A DNA stretch of 63,741 nucleotides, filler included, from Octopus bimaculoides (taxonomy: Eukaryota), in assembly GCF_001194135.2 (NCBI RefSeq). It is 6 parts of 6 records of this genome, joined end to end, with 100 filler letters (N's around TTAATTAATTAA, not from the genome) between each part and the next. Parts side by side here need not be neighbours in the genome. Positions count along the whole stretch, not along the records: positions 37,127 to 58,771 come from NC_069006.1; 5 more parts are not named here. One strand, 5' to 3'. The position numbers and the translations under genes were made by a program. This document shows, in pieces, positions 40,027 through 51,848 of the stretch (the first letter of the stretch is position 1; each line of letters opens with the position of its first letter). The notes under the pieces were generated by a model that was not told where the DNA came from, searched no databases, and saw nothing but the letters and a program-made list of their open reading frames with translations.

Positions 40027-40519
40027 NNNNNNNNNNNNNNNNNNNNNNNNNNNNNNNNNNNNNNNNNNNNNNNNNNNNNNNNNNNNNNNNNNNNNNNNNN
40101 NNNNNNNNNNNNNNNNNNNNNNNNNNNNNNNNNNNNNNNNNNNNNNNNNACACACATATAAGAGGGATGACCACTAAGTGGACATCCATTTTGCTAGAAG
40201 TAGACCACCTATGGTCTGACCACTAAGAAAAGATTGTTCTCAAGAAAATTCAGCAAACACCAGAACGTAAGAGAGCAAGACAAATGAAAAGATACAAAAT
40301 ATAAAGATTAATCATAGACCGGTTTCGTTGTCACCACTTACGTAATTACTTACGTAATTGTCCGCAACTCTTCTTGCCCGACGGTTAGCTAGCGGATTAC
40401 CCTTTATTTAGATAACTACTACTTCGATGTTCTGCTAGCTATGGAACATATGGAGCCTACTCCATTCCCTCATTTTGGATTTATATATATGTTCAAAGAT
40501 GTGCGTTTGTAATTTACAG

Positions 40520-40682
40520 ATTCAGCGAAAAAGGAAAATCTGAGCAAACGCCATTCACCTACTTACCATTTGGTGGTGGACCAAGGATTTGTCTTGGAAT
40601 GAGACTGGCCAAGCTGGAGTTCAAGATAGCAGTTGTACAAGTTATTCGTAAATTCAAAATTCTTCCTACAGAGAAAACTGAA
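40520..40682 (+). CDS. Cytochrome P450 exon with heme-binding motif
   Basis: TTACAG| FSEKGKSEQTPFTYLPFGGGPRICLGMRLAKLEFKIAVVQVIRKFKILPTEKTE |GTGAGT; FxxGxRxCxG with axial Cys; phase 2 to 0. Confidence 0.97.
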
Positions 40683-41965
40683 GTGAGTATCTTCGGCTTA
40701 TTTTTTTCTCTCCGTTAAATTTGTGATTTCTACTAATCATAGGATTCTTTTCTGTTCTTTTTACATAGAAAGGTGGTGGAACGCTCTCATTGACGTTATT
40801 CTGAGGTAGAGGTTCAATTCGCAGTTAGGACACATTCATCTTGAAATTTCTAAAGTGATACACACGGTACGCACTCACACGAGCGCGCGCGCATATCTAT
40901 ACATATATAGTAGTTTGCACACACACACACACAGACAGATAGATTGATAGATATATTAATGTTTGCTTTTATGTGACATTATACATAGGTGCAGGTGTAC
41001 TGTAGCCTCGGGTTGACCAAAACCATGTTTGTGGATTTGGTAAACAGAAACTGAAGAAGCCCGTCGTATATATAACTGCGAATGTCAGTGTGTCAGTGTG
41101 TCACACTTTTTCAACTTTACTCCTATCATACCATTTTGGAATCAGGCCGACGCCATGAGTAAATTAAAGACATTCCGGGCTGAATCCGGACCCACAATCT
41201 TGAAATTTTATATTCCCAAATTTTCATTACGGACGCACGAAAAGCAAGTAAAAATTAAGGGGAGATAACTAAAAAAAAAAGCAAAGGGAAGTAAGTCAAC
41301 TTAACTTGCTCGACAAAAATGAGTTTACACCACACCAAACTTAGTTTAGTTTGGAATTGGAAACCAATCAATCCGTCACAGGTCATACTTTAGCAGAAGC
41401 CATGTACCCCTGTATAATACCCTTTTAATCATTCATTGTTGGTCAGGCGATCGTAGATTGGAGTAATTTCTGTCGTGTAATTCTTGACTCGAACAAAATT
41501 CAATGCAAATCGGCGGCGTTGATGCTAATAAGCAACGAGTCGTTGTGGAGATAGTTCAAAAGATTTCAGTTTCCAGTGTGAGTGAGCCATGCACTGTCAA
41601 TCAATCGATCCCTAGTGCAATCATTGAAAGTAGCTGGGCTTTATTTGATGGAACACTGCTATTCTCACGGTCAGCTCTATGTTGGTTAATCAAGGGTTGA
41701 GAATGGAAACAAGCTATTTGTACTGATTCCGAATGTTGTTTATCGTGCAGCTTTGCAATAAGTTCCCAATAGACAAATTATATCATAGTTTTTGATGAAA
41801 ACTGTTAATTGTTTGTAAAATATTATTCACGTTTAATAAAATTTAATATGTACTCAATCTATGAAGTGCCATTGTTGGGCCCAAGAAAAATTATACTTCT
41901 CTGATGTTATTATACAGGTCTCTTGTTGCTACGTTAATATCAATATTCCGATTTTTCAATTACAG

Positions 41966-42040
41966 GACCCTCTTGTGTTAAGTGACAACCTGTTTCTGAC
42001 TGCTAAAAACGGAGTCTGGGGGAAGTTTGAACGAAGATAA
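41966..42040 (+). CDS. Cytochrome P450 terminal coding exon
   Basis: TTACAG| DPLVLSDNLFLTAKNGVWGKFERR TAA; matches the CYP3-type C-terminal strand; phase 0. Confidence 0.88.
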   Translation, partial: DPLVLSDNLFLTAKNGVWGKFERR

Positions 42041-42154
42041 ACTATTTTAACTGCTCGAGCGTCACGAAATCGATTTGCAAATTTATGTACCAATTAATTA
42101 CAGACAGAAAATTTAATGTAATCAAAGAAAAATCTGTTACCTTTTATTCTGCAC

Positions 42155-42605
42155 AATCATTGGATTGCAGCTATGCTGAGGCACTGCCTTGACCGGTTTA
42201 GTCGAACAAATTGACCCTGGTACTATATTGTTTTAAAGTCTGGTGCTTACTTTATCCGTTTCTTTTGACGAACTGCTAAGTTGCCGCTATGTAACCTAAT
42301 CAATACCGGTTGTCAAGTGATAATGAAGAGACAAAGACATATACGTAAACACATACATACGTACATACATACATACATACATACATACATACATACATAA
42401 ACACACACATACACCACACACAAACACGCACGCACACATAACGGGAGTTCACGTAGTTCCCACCTACCGTTATTCTCTCATAGGGCATTGGTCGGCCTGG
42501 GACTATATTACAAGACACCCAAAATGCCATGCAATGGAACAGACTCTGAAACCACTTGGACGCAAAGCAAAGCTTATTGTGCCACACAGCCATTCCTGCA
42601 CACCA
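42155..42605 (-). mobile_element. SINE family A long form, antisense, just downstream of the CYP stop codon
   Basis: Reverse complement of family A head (..CCACACAGCCATTCCTGCAC) plus 3' module and internal (CATA)n. Confidence 0.7.
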
Positions 42606-43496
42606 TTTATGCAATCATATTTGAAATAAACCACTTCATTATTTCCTCCAACTACAATTTTGATATATTTGTTTTATTTTATGGGTAAAAACTTTAACCA
42701 ATTTCTATCTGCAAAATTAGAATTCACATACATGATTTATTTCTTCTTATTTGCAATAATTTTCAATGATTTTGCTTTAAGTTTCATATCCTTCTTTTAT
42801 TTCAACTTAATTCAATTACTCTTCGTATTCCCACACACACACACTCCCAGATTTCTGCGAACTGGCAGATTCTTTAGCACACCTGGCAAAATGCTAAACG
42901 GCATTTCATCCGTCTTTAAGTTCTGATTTCAAATTTCGCAATGGTCGAATATATCTTTCATCCCTTTCGATGTCGATAAAATAAGTAACTCACCCCTTTC
43001 TCGAATACGCTGGTCTTGTACGAAAATTAAAACCAGTAATTTTTCCCTTCGAATTATGTTGGTGTACTGGCTGAATCGTTAGCACACTGCGCAAACTGCT
43101 TCGTAGCAATTCTGAGTTCAAATTCCAATGAGGTCGATTTCGCCTTTCATCTTTTCGGAGTCGATAAAATAAGTACCAGTTGAGCACAGGGCTTGAGCTA
43201 GTCGATGGATTCTCTTCCCCAGAATTACTAACCTTGTGCCAAAGTTTGAAGCCAATATTTTTTTTTTTCACCGATGATTCAGAACGAGAATTCGTTTAGG
43301 AGTCGTTAAAATAAGAAAAATCTCCACTGTGCGATGTAAATATTGTTTAGTATTTAGAAGGCATAAGTTTACAGTTCAGGAACACACATTCTAACATGCA
43401 AAAATTTAAACATGCTGTAAAATGCTCAGAGCAACGATAAATGTCTAGATAAAAATAATTTTCTATAATAGAAAATAAGCCACCAAGAAAATATTG

Positions 43497-43745
43497 TTGG
43501 CACTCCGTCGCTTACGACGACGAGGGTTCCAGTTGCTCGTGAAATTAACGTGCAAGTGGCTGAGCACTCCACAGACACGTGTACACTTAACGTAGTTCTC
43601 GGGGATATTCAGCGTGACACAGAGTGTGATAAGGCTGGCTCTTTGAATTACAGGCACAACAGAAACAGGAAGTAAGAGTGAGTGAAAGTTGTGGTGAAAG
43701 AATAGAGCAGGGTTCGCCACAATCCCCTGTTGGAGCCACGTTGAG
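43497..43745 (-). mobile_element. SINE family C, 5'-truncated copy
   Basis: High identity to 26111-26370, lacking a 22-bp block. Confidence 0.85.
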
Positions 43746-44116
43746 CTTCCAGTATCTGTCCCTAACATCTCTATATAAGTGTCCAACGGATGGCCTACGT
43801 TGGTTGCAAACAAATAATGCATTGCGTTTTCCCCGACTTTCTTCGAAATGGTTAGTGGTAGACCAGCCAGCTTGTTTCTTAAATCTCGTGTTAGCTATAT
43901 ATGAGATTTTAGTTTTGAATCCGCTTAACTTTAAAGCGTTATTATATACTGGTGCATGTTGATCAAGGATCTCTTCGTTCACAGACAAATTAGAGATTCT
44001 GATCGAAATACCAGTAACGATGCTATCAATAGTAGATTTCGAATGATTGGAGGAGACATTCATATGAAATGGATTTGTTTGACTTGCGAAATGAGAAGCA
44101 TAAACCCGCATACGAA
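43745..44116 (-). mobile_element. Penelope-like element RT C-terminal fragment
   Basis: PFHMNVSSNHSKSTIDSIVTGISIRISNLSVNEEILDQHAPVYNNALKLSGFKTKISY resembles the PLE thumb/linker; cut by a gap. Confidence 0.65.
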
Positions 44117-44259
44117 NNNNNNNNNNNNNNNNNNNNNNNNNNNNNNNNNNNNNNNNNNNNNNNNNNNNNNNNNNNNNNNNNNNNNNNNNNNNNNNNNNNN
44201 NNNNNNNNNNNNNNNNNNNNNNNNNNNNNNNNNNNNNNNNNNNNNNNNNNNNNNNCATA

Positions 44260-45061
44260 TTTTTTAATTAATTCTTTTTAACTAAACAGTTTGAAACATC
44301 GGATACTGGTTGAATGTGTCACGTAGAATGTGTCACGGTTTACTCTTAACGTTTTTAACAAAATTTTGTATTTTAGAAGTTATTTCGTGTTAAAGTTGTC
44401 GTATTTCGGTAATTTTAACCAATCAATAACGTGTATTCAGCTGAAGAAAGTTCCTCCTGTTTGCGAAAGTAATGTAAGAGCAACAACTTCTGAGCCATCG
44501 GGTCATCTGTTTTGGACGCTGCATACATACATATACGTAAATAAGCAGATACATTTATACGTAAATAAGCAGATACATTTATACGTAAATAAGCAGATAN
44601 NNNNNNNNNNNNNNNNNNNNNNNNNNNNNNNNNNNNNNNNNNNNNNNNNNNNNNNNNNNNNNNNNNNNNNNNNNNNNNNNNNNNNNNNNNNNNNNNNNNN
44701 NNNNNNNNNNNNNNNNNNNNNNNNNNNNNNNNNNNNNNNNNNNNNNNNNNNNNNNNNNNNNNNNNNNNNNNNNNNNNNNNNNNNNNNNNNNNNNNNNNNN
44801 NNNNNNNNNNNNNNNNNNNNNNNNNNNNNNNNNNNNNNNNNNNNNNNNNNNNNNNNNNNNNNNNNNNNNNNNNNNNNNNNNNNNNNNNNNNNNNNNNNNN
44901 NNNNNNNNNNNNNNNNNNNNNNNNNNNNNNNNNNNNNNNNNNNNNNNNNNNNNNNNNNNNNNNNNNNNNNNNNNNNNNNNNNNNNNNNNNNNNNNNNNNN
45001 NNNNNNNNNNNNNNNNNNNNNNNNNNNNNNNNNNNNNNNNNNNNNNNNNNNNNNNNNNNNN

Positions 45062-45125
<64 letters not shown>

Positions 45126-45597
45126 ATGTGAGAATCTTTATAGTTGCTTGACCTGCTGGAAAAAACAGCCAAATCTCTGTGTTACACGCTAACATTATAT
45201 AAACTAAAGGACACATTGGATAAGATGGAAAAAAATACACACGCACAAACGCCCGTATGTATTTCCTATAAAAGAACTTTCTGTTTGTCTCCCACCCCCC
45301 ACACACACACCTTTGTCATCTTTTATACTTTTCTCCCACCCCTCTCTCTTTCATGACCCGATGACCCGGGAATTGTTGCTCTTCCAATTACTTTCGAAAA
45401 CAGCAGGAACTTTCTTCAGCTGAATACACGTTATTGATTGGTTAAAATTACCCAAATACGACAATATTAACACGAAATAACTTCTAAAATACAAAATTTT
45501 GTCAAAAACGTCAAGAGTAAACCGTGTTCTATGTGACACATTCAACCAGTATTCGAAGTTTCAAACTGTTTAGTTAAAAAGAATTAATTTTAAAAAT
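44260..45597. repeat. Pair of about 245-bp inverted repeats (44260-44506 / 45353-45597)
   Basis: Arms are reverse complements at roughly 90% identity by eye; the spacer holds a 24-bp tandem repeat, a gap and (GT)n. Confidence 0.9.
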
Positions 45598-45899
45598 CTT
45601 CATAAACTATGAATTTCCCCGTCTAGAACTTTCATATACACTCACTTGTCTCTTATGACCCAGTGTCGCCATATGCTAGCCTATCCCGGAAATAGCTCTA
45701 AAACTTTCCCTAATTAATTTATCATAAATGACTTGAAATACTCGTCCTGCTTTGGTTTTTGATATCCTTTTACACTAGTGTATATATATATATATATATA
45801 TATAAAGTAGTTGTATGCTGTCACATTAAGTTAACAGTATACAACTACTTTATCGTATCACTACTGCATAAATCTCTAGAGATTTAGAAATGTATTATT

Positions 45900-45943
<44 letters not shown>

Positions 45944-46652
45944 TGTGTGTGTGTGTGCGCGCGCGCGCGTGTATGTATGTATATATGTATGTGTGCATGT
46001 ATGTAAGTGTGTATGTATGTATGTATGGATGGATGGATGGATGTACGTATGTATATATGAACGTATAGTAATTTATTAGTTATGTATTCACAGAGCATAA
46101 ACAGTTTCGGTACGATCTGTCTAGCTTCCTTTATAAAACACACACACACATACACACAGACACACTCACAGACACACGCACGCACACATACAATTCGACT
46201 TCGTTGTGTAAAAGTAAACAAAGCTGTTACGCAAGTTTTTATCTCTATCATGACAAATACAAAATAAAAATTTTGGTACATGTTCACCAAAAAAAAGCGA
46301 ACTGTAACATTTAAAAGTATGTCAGAACAAATGGTGTTATACTAACAGCGGTGAATGACGTAATATGAATATCTGAGCAGCTATTTTATGACCTAGTTTG
46401 GAGGACATTAGGAAAGTGGAAGAAGGAATCATAATGATAAAGGGGCGATAGAGGGTGAAGGTAAGAGTGTCAGCCAGATATACTGACGGAGGGATAAATA
46501 TATAAAAAGTCAGAGGGTGACAGAGAGAGAGGGGGGAGTGAGTGAGAGAGGAGGAGACAGAAAGAAACAAAGAAAGAAAGAATGTCAGAAATCACATCTA
46601 GGCACGCTCACACACACATTTCAAAAGGAAGTAAATATTCCTCATATATACA

Positions 46653-46690
<38 letters not shown>

Positions 46691-47341
46691 GATTCTCGCA
46701 CATAAGAACAAAGCTTCTAAGCTGGATATGAATTCCGAAAGATTCCTTGCTCCAATTGTAGAACATCTCTCATGTTTATCGAAGACGTGGGTTCAAGTCC
46801 CAAGGGTAGTTTCCAACTTTTCCATTCAAAGAAAGGGGTTGTTCAACCCGGTATTTATGCCTAATTATTTATAGCTTTATCAGCTTCGAGTTCCACAGTT
46901 ACAAACTAATCCTTTTTGTTGTACCAATGTACTGAACCTAAATACTTTTATCTATTGTTGCAGATCCTAAACCTCACAGTTGTGACACTGCGATGTTATT
47001 TGTTTAATTACCATTTAATAAAAATTAAAAAAAGAAAAAATGTTCTTCAGATATTTTTATCTTTTACATTTTCATCAATGACATATATTGCACCATATCT
47101 ATCAACACTTTGCCTATCTTGTACATCGTATGTGCAATGCACAACGCACATTTCCCGAACTTCCATGCATCATGTATTATAAACATTCCCAAAGATAGAC
47201 CAATATGCATATTGGTCCTAGGAATTGTAGACGAACGAATCGATCCAAGTACTTTACTTTTTAAGCCTGCTACTTTTTCTGTCTGTCCCGAACCGCTACG
47301 TTATAGGCACGTAAAAACGTAGATTTCGGCGTCAAACAAAC

Positions 47342-47382
<41 letters not shown>

Positions 47383-47535
47383 ATGTGCTTCGTTCAGTTT
47401 CCGTTTACCAAATATAATTCACAAGGCTTTAGTCAACCCGAGACTAAAGTAGAAGACACTTGCCCAAGGATCCACGCTATGGAACTGAACCCAAACCCTG
47501 TGGTTGAGAGGCAAACTTCTTACCACACCGCCAAG
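47383..47535 (-). mobile_element. SINE family A copy
   Basis: TTCAGTTTCCGTTTACCAAAT..AGAAGACACTTGCCCAAGG..CTTACCACACCGCC. Confidence 0.75.
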
Positions 47536-47631
47536 CCAGCCAGGTGTCCATGTATCATAAATGAAACAAATAAACCATTTTTCTTTCCAACCGCCAGAGT
47601 AACTTATAAATTACGAACGGGTAGCTTTATA

Positions 47632-47868
47632 TTGAGTTGGTGCACAATTATTGCGGGTTTTTTTTCAACAAATTTTATTCAAGAAAAACGATAACAATAC
47701 TTAACAAAAACATCTTTAAATGACTGTCTGACCGTCTGCCAAGCAAATGGGAAGCAGTAATTGAAGAAGATGGTGAATATGCTCCGGATTAATCATTTAA
47801 AGATGTTATTGTTTTTGTTGAATAAAATTGGTTGAAAGAGAAGCCGCAATAATTATGCACCAAAACAA
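47632..47868 (+). mobile_element. Mariner-derived MITE
   Basis: TA-flanked TIRs of about 70 bp (TTGAGTTGGTGCACAATTATTGCGG / TTGTTTTGGTGCATAATTATTGCGG); internal DRLPSKWEAVIEEDGEYAPD* is the mariner transposase C-terminus. Confidence 0.85.
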
Positions 47869-48912
47869 TATTACCCAGATCGTATGAAAGGACCAGCTAA
47901 AATGTCTGAATGGACGCTTAGTAAAGACATATAAAACTGCTTTGAAGACGCAAGAGATTAGCATTCAACAGTCTTTCTCTCCTAATTACTCTCATCTTAT
48001 TCACTCTCTTTTACTCTTATCTCATTCCGGCCCCTTACAGTTTGTGTTCAATCCCAGTGCGGCGATCAACTTTTTTTCATTCTTTGTGGGGGAATGAGAG
48101 TGCTCGATAGCTAAAGAATTAGTTTAGTGGGGGAGAGTAATGGCAGAAACATTACAGCTTTGGTCCTTGTGGTATTTCATTCGGCTTTAACATCCTGAGT
48201 TCAAATACTGTCGTTGCATTTTTCGATGGTAGATTTAGTCTTTCACCTGATTTAACAATGTTGTTGGATACCTTTAACAAAGTTTGCTCCGTTTAAATCA
48301 TTTGACTGATATTTCTGCTGGAAAGTACCTTCTTCTCTCCTTCCCATCAGTCACGGGCTGTTAGAGAGAGATGTGGAGATGGGGAGAGAGAATGTACAAG
48401 AACCCGGCCCTCCACATTCTGGCAGAACAATTAAAATAAGCAAAATCAAAAACAAAATTACTGACACATCTTTGCAAATATTTATTTATATTATTTATTA
48501 GGTCATTTATTTCTTATATTTCTTCACACTTTTTGTTTTGAACTGAGAAATAAGAAAACAAAGACAAAACCACAGAAAGAATATCAACGATGGAACCTGT
48601 TTACGTGGTCATTCGACCCACTAAAAATAACAGTTAAAACACTCTTAAATCACACACTTCTGCTGTCCTTTGGAAAGGAAGGAAACGCACTGGATAATGT
48701 AAGCTTATATACCTTTAAAATGTGAGATGGCTATGAATAAAATGCATTTAGTCTTTTAAATGCAGTTTCAAGCCAACAAATCCATTAGGCCGGCGTTTAT
48801 CTTACTTTTGTAGCATTTACGCGATGGAGAGCGAAAGATTCATGGCCCTCTCTTATGACCGAGATACCAGTCCATCACAGGGTTAATCTCCATTGCAGAT
48901 ACTGGTATTCAT

Positions 48913-49002
48913 ATTTAATATATATGTGTGTGTTCAAATCATTCTTAAAACTATATATTTATTGATTCTAGAATGATTTGAACACACACATATATATTAA
49001 AT
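48913..49002. repeat. Perfect 33-bp inverted repeat with 24-nt loop
   Basis: ATTTAATATATATGTGTGTGTTCAAATCATTCT and its exact reverse complement at 48970-49002. Confidence 0.95.
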
Positions 49003-49338
49003 CTTGCGTTGGATATACGGTATTGTTCCACCCTTATGTAACCATTCTTACTATAATTTGAATTCTAGCTCATGCTGAGCACTTCAACTCTAGCCCGTTT
49101 TTATGTATTGTTATATTAACAATATCTAGTTATACAAAAAAATTACATACATACATATATATGTATATATGTGTATGTCTATATATATATATATATATAT
49201 ACACACACATATATATACACATGCGTAGATAACACTTACACACCTATATATGTGCACTTATATACATACATAAATACATATACATGTACATATACATATA
49301 CATATATATATATATATATATATACATATATATGTATG

Positions 49339-49456
49339 TATGTGGGTGTTTTTTCAAAACACTGTCTGGTTTAAAAAGCCACATCAGACGCCATGAAAGG
49401 GCTAAGGTGTAGGTGCAGGAGGTGGTCAAACTCTGTTTAAGGAGTAGACAACCACC
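49339..49456 (+). mobile_element. RTE-type LINE extreme 3' fragment
   Basis: CGCFFKTLSGLKSHIRRHERAKV* (terminal zinc-finger half) plus short UTR. Confidence 0.55.
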
Positions 49457-50463
49457 ATGTATATATATATCATTGTAATTTTCTTGAACTACGAACTTGG
49501 AACGCAGCTCTCACAGTCTATATATGTATCTGTATATGCATACATACACACACACATATATATATACATATATATACACACACACACATATATATATGTA
49601 CATATATATNNNNNNNNNNNNNNNNNNNNNNNNNNNNNNNNNNNNNNNNNNNNNNNNNNNNNNNNNNNNNNNNNNNNNNNNNNNNNNNNNNNNNNNNNNN
49701 NNNNNNNNNNNNNNNNNNNNNNNNNNNNNNNNNNNNNNNNNNNNNNNNNNNNNNNNNNNNNNNNNNNNNNNNNNNNNNNNNNNNNNNNNNNNNNNNNNNN
49801 NNNNNNNNNNNNNNNNNNNNNNNNNNNNNNNNNNNNNNNNNNNNNNNNNNNNNNNNNNNNNNNNNNNNNNNNNNNNNNNNNNNNNNNNNNNNNNNNNNNN
49901 NNNNNNNNNNNNNNNNNNNNNNNNNNNNNNNNNNNNNNNNNNNNNNNNNNNNNNNNNNNNNNNNNNNNNNNNNNNNNNNNNNNNNNNNNNNNNNNNNNNN
50001 NNNNNNNNNNNNNNNNNNNNNNNNNNNNNNNNNNNNNNNNNNNNNNNNNNNNNNNNNNNNNNNNNNNNNNNNNNNNNNNNNNNNNNNNNNNNNNNNNNNN
50101 NNNNNNNNNNNNNNNNNNNNNNNNNNNNNNNNNNNNNNNNNNNNNNNNNNNNNNNNNNNNNNNNNNNNNNNNNNNNNNNNNNNNNNNNNNNNNNNNNNNN
50201 NNNNNNNNNNNNNNNNNNNNNNNNNNNNNNNNNNNNNNNNNNNNNNNNNNNNNNNNNNNNNNNNNNNNNNNNNNNNNNNNNNNNNNNNNNNNNNNNNNNN
50301 NNNNNNNNNNNNNNNNNNNNNNNNNNNNNNNNNNNNNNNNNNNNNNNNNNNNNNNNNNNNNNNNNNNNNNNNNNNNNNNNNNNNNNNNNNNNNNNNNNNN
50401 NNNNNNNNNNNNNNNNNNNNNNNNNNNNNNNNNNNNNNNNNNNNNNNNNNNNNNNNNNNNNNN

Positions 50464-51560
50464 AATTTTTAGTTCGTTATGTTAAGTGGTTTCTGCCTGT
50501 GAAAGCTTATGCTCCCCCAGAAATTGTTATTTTGTTGAACAAGGTCGTGGATGAATGTTTTTCTATTGGCAAAAATGCTAAAAATTTCTCACATGGTTTT
50601 CCATTATAACAATATCGAACCACAGTTACCAGTTGGTCAACATGTGTCACGTGAAATGTCCATGTAAAAATGAGTCAAACTCCGCAATAAGCTCAATGGC
50701 GCCCATGAAATTTCCATTGTTTGAGGAACCCCACTTTTCCTCATAACCTCTAAATGCTAACCCTCTTTCACTTAAAAACTTTATAACTACTATAACTCTT
50801 TTTAGTACTTCAAAATAGTATTCCATGTTTTTTCTCAACTGTTCCTCAAGCTGCTGATTCACAATGTTTTTATCTGACTTTCATGTTAGCCAGCTCAACA
50901 TCGCCCTGTTATGTTCCATGCTATCTTCATGATTTTCTAGAATTCTGAGTATATTCATCCAATCAGAAAACGTACCCGTTGCAAATGATGTTTGGCATTT
51001 AGAAAAGAGTTTGTCTTTTGAGTAAACTAACCTGAATCTCATCACAGTCTGATCATTTTTCAATCTTTTTTCAAAGTACTTGTTTGAGAAACTTCGATTT
51101 TGTTGTTTGTAAATCTTGTTGGATTCCGTATATACGTTATCTGGGGTTTTTTTTAAAACTGATGTCTTGCATTAAGCAGTTTTGTATGAAACCATTATCA
51201 ATTGTTACGGGCCTGTTTGCCAGGTCACTGTATTCTTTGAAATCACTGAATTTGCTTTCTGCTTCTGCTCTCTCTTTTCTCGAAGTTCTTGACCACCGCG
51301 ATTATCATCTGCACCAAAACTGTCAACAGTATGTTGATTATTGCTAAACAGAGCCAGAGCACTCATGGTTTGTGTACTATCATTGACTTCACTGGTGCTT
51401 GCACGGCTTGTTTCAGTTACAGGTGATGGAAAACTTTTACTTGACATCGTAAAATAGTTTGATAGTTTTTGACATTCAGAAGTTTCGTTGGATTGCTTTT
51501 CCTTGCGTTGACATTTCTAGTATCCGCTTAAGTACTTTCTTGAAGACATTGCTATTCCTC
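50464..51560 (-). mobile_element. hAT-superfamily transposase relic (ZMYM1/DUF4371-like)
   Basis: RFRLVYSKDKLF..FSDWMNILRILENHEDSMEH (TTF-finger-like) and VLKRVIVVIKFLSERGLAFRG..SSNNGNFMGAIELIAEFDSFL; several stops and frameshifts. Confidence 0.85.
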
Positions 51561-51848
51561 TTGGGGCCCAGACCTCTGTGAAAAAAAATTTGGGGTAATA
51601 TTTTCAGTAGCCACAGCGAGACAGAGATCGATCAAGATAAGTGTCCACATCTTAATATATAGTCATATATGAATAATTGTTCATTTTGTACAAGGTGATA
51701 TTCAAACAATTTTTACAGTAGAAAAATGCTTTGTAACGGAAAAGATTGTAAGTCCAAAATTAAGAGGCAAACCCGTTCATTGATCATTAAATAATGGTGT
51801 GAAAATAAGAATTCTTATCTCTACCGTGCTGATGTTGTAGTAGACATA

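Noticed and set aside
43350-43415. Minus-strand ACLNFCMLECVFLNCKLMPSKY* as an ENaC thumb exon
   Set aside because: Lacks the CxC motif and hits a stop before any donor site.
47050-47225. Minus-strand peptide HIGLSLGMFII.. as a possible ENaC TM2 exon
   Set aside because: No GAS selectivity motif or GGxLGL signature; poor acceptor.
48148-48247. Minus-strand GERLNLPSKN..QGPKL* as a terminal exon
   Set aside because: The plus strand is a degenerate SINE family B head (GGTATTTCATTCGGCTTTAACATCCTGAGTTCAAAT).
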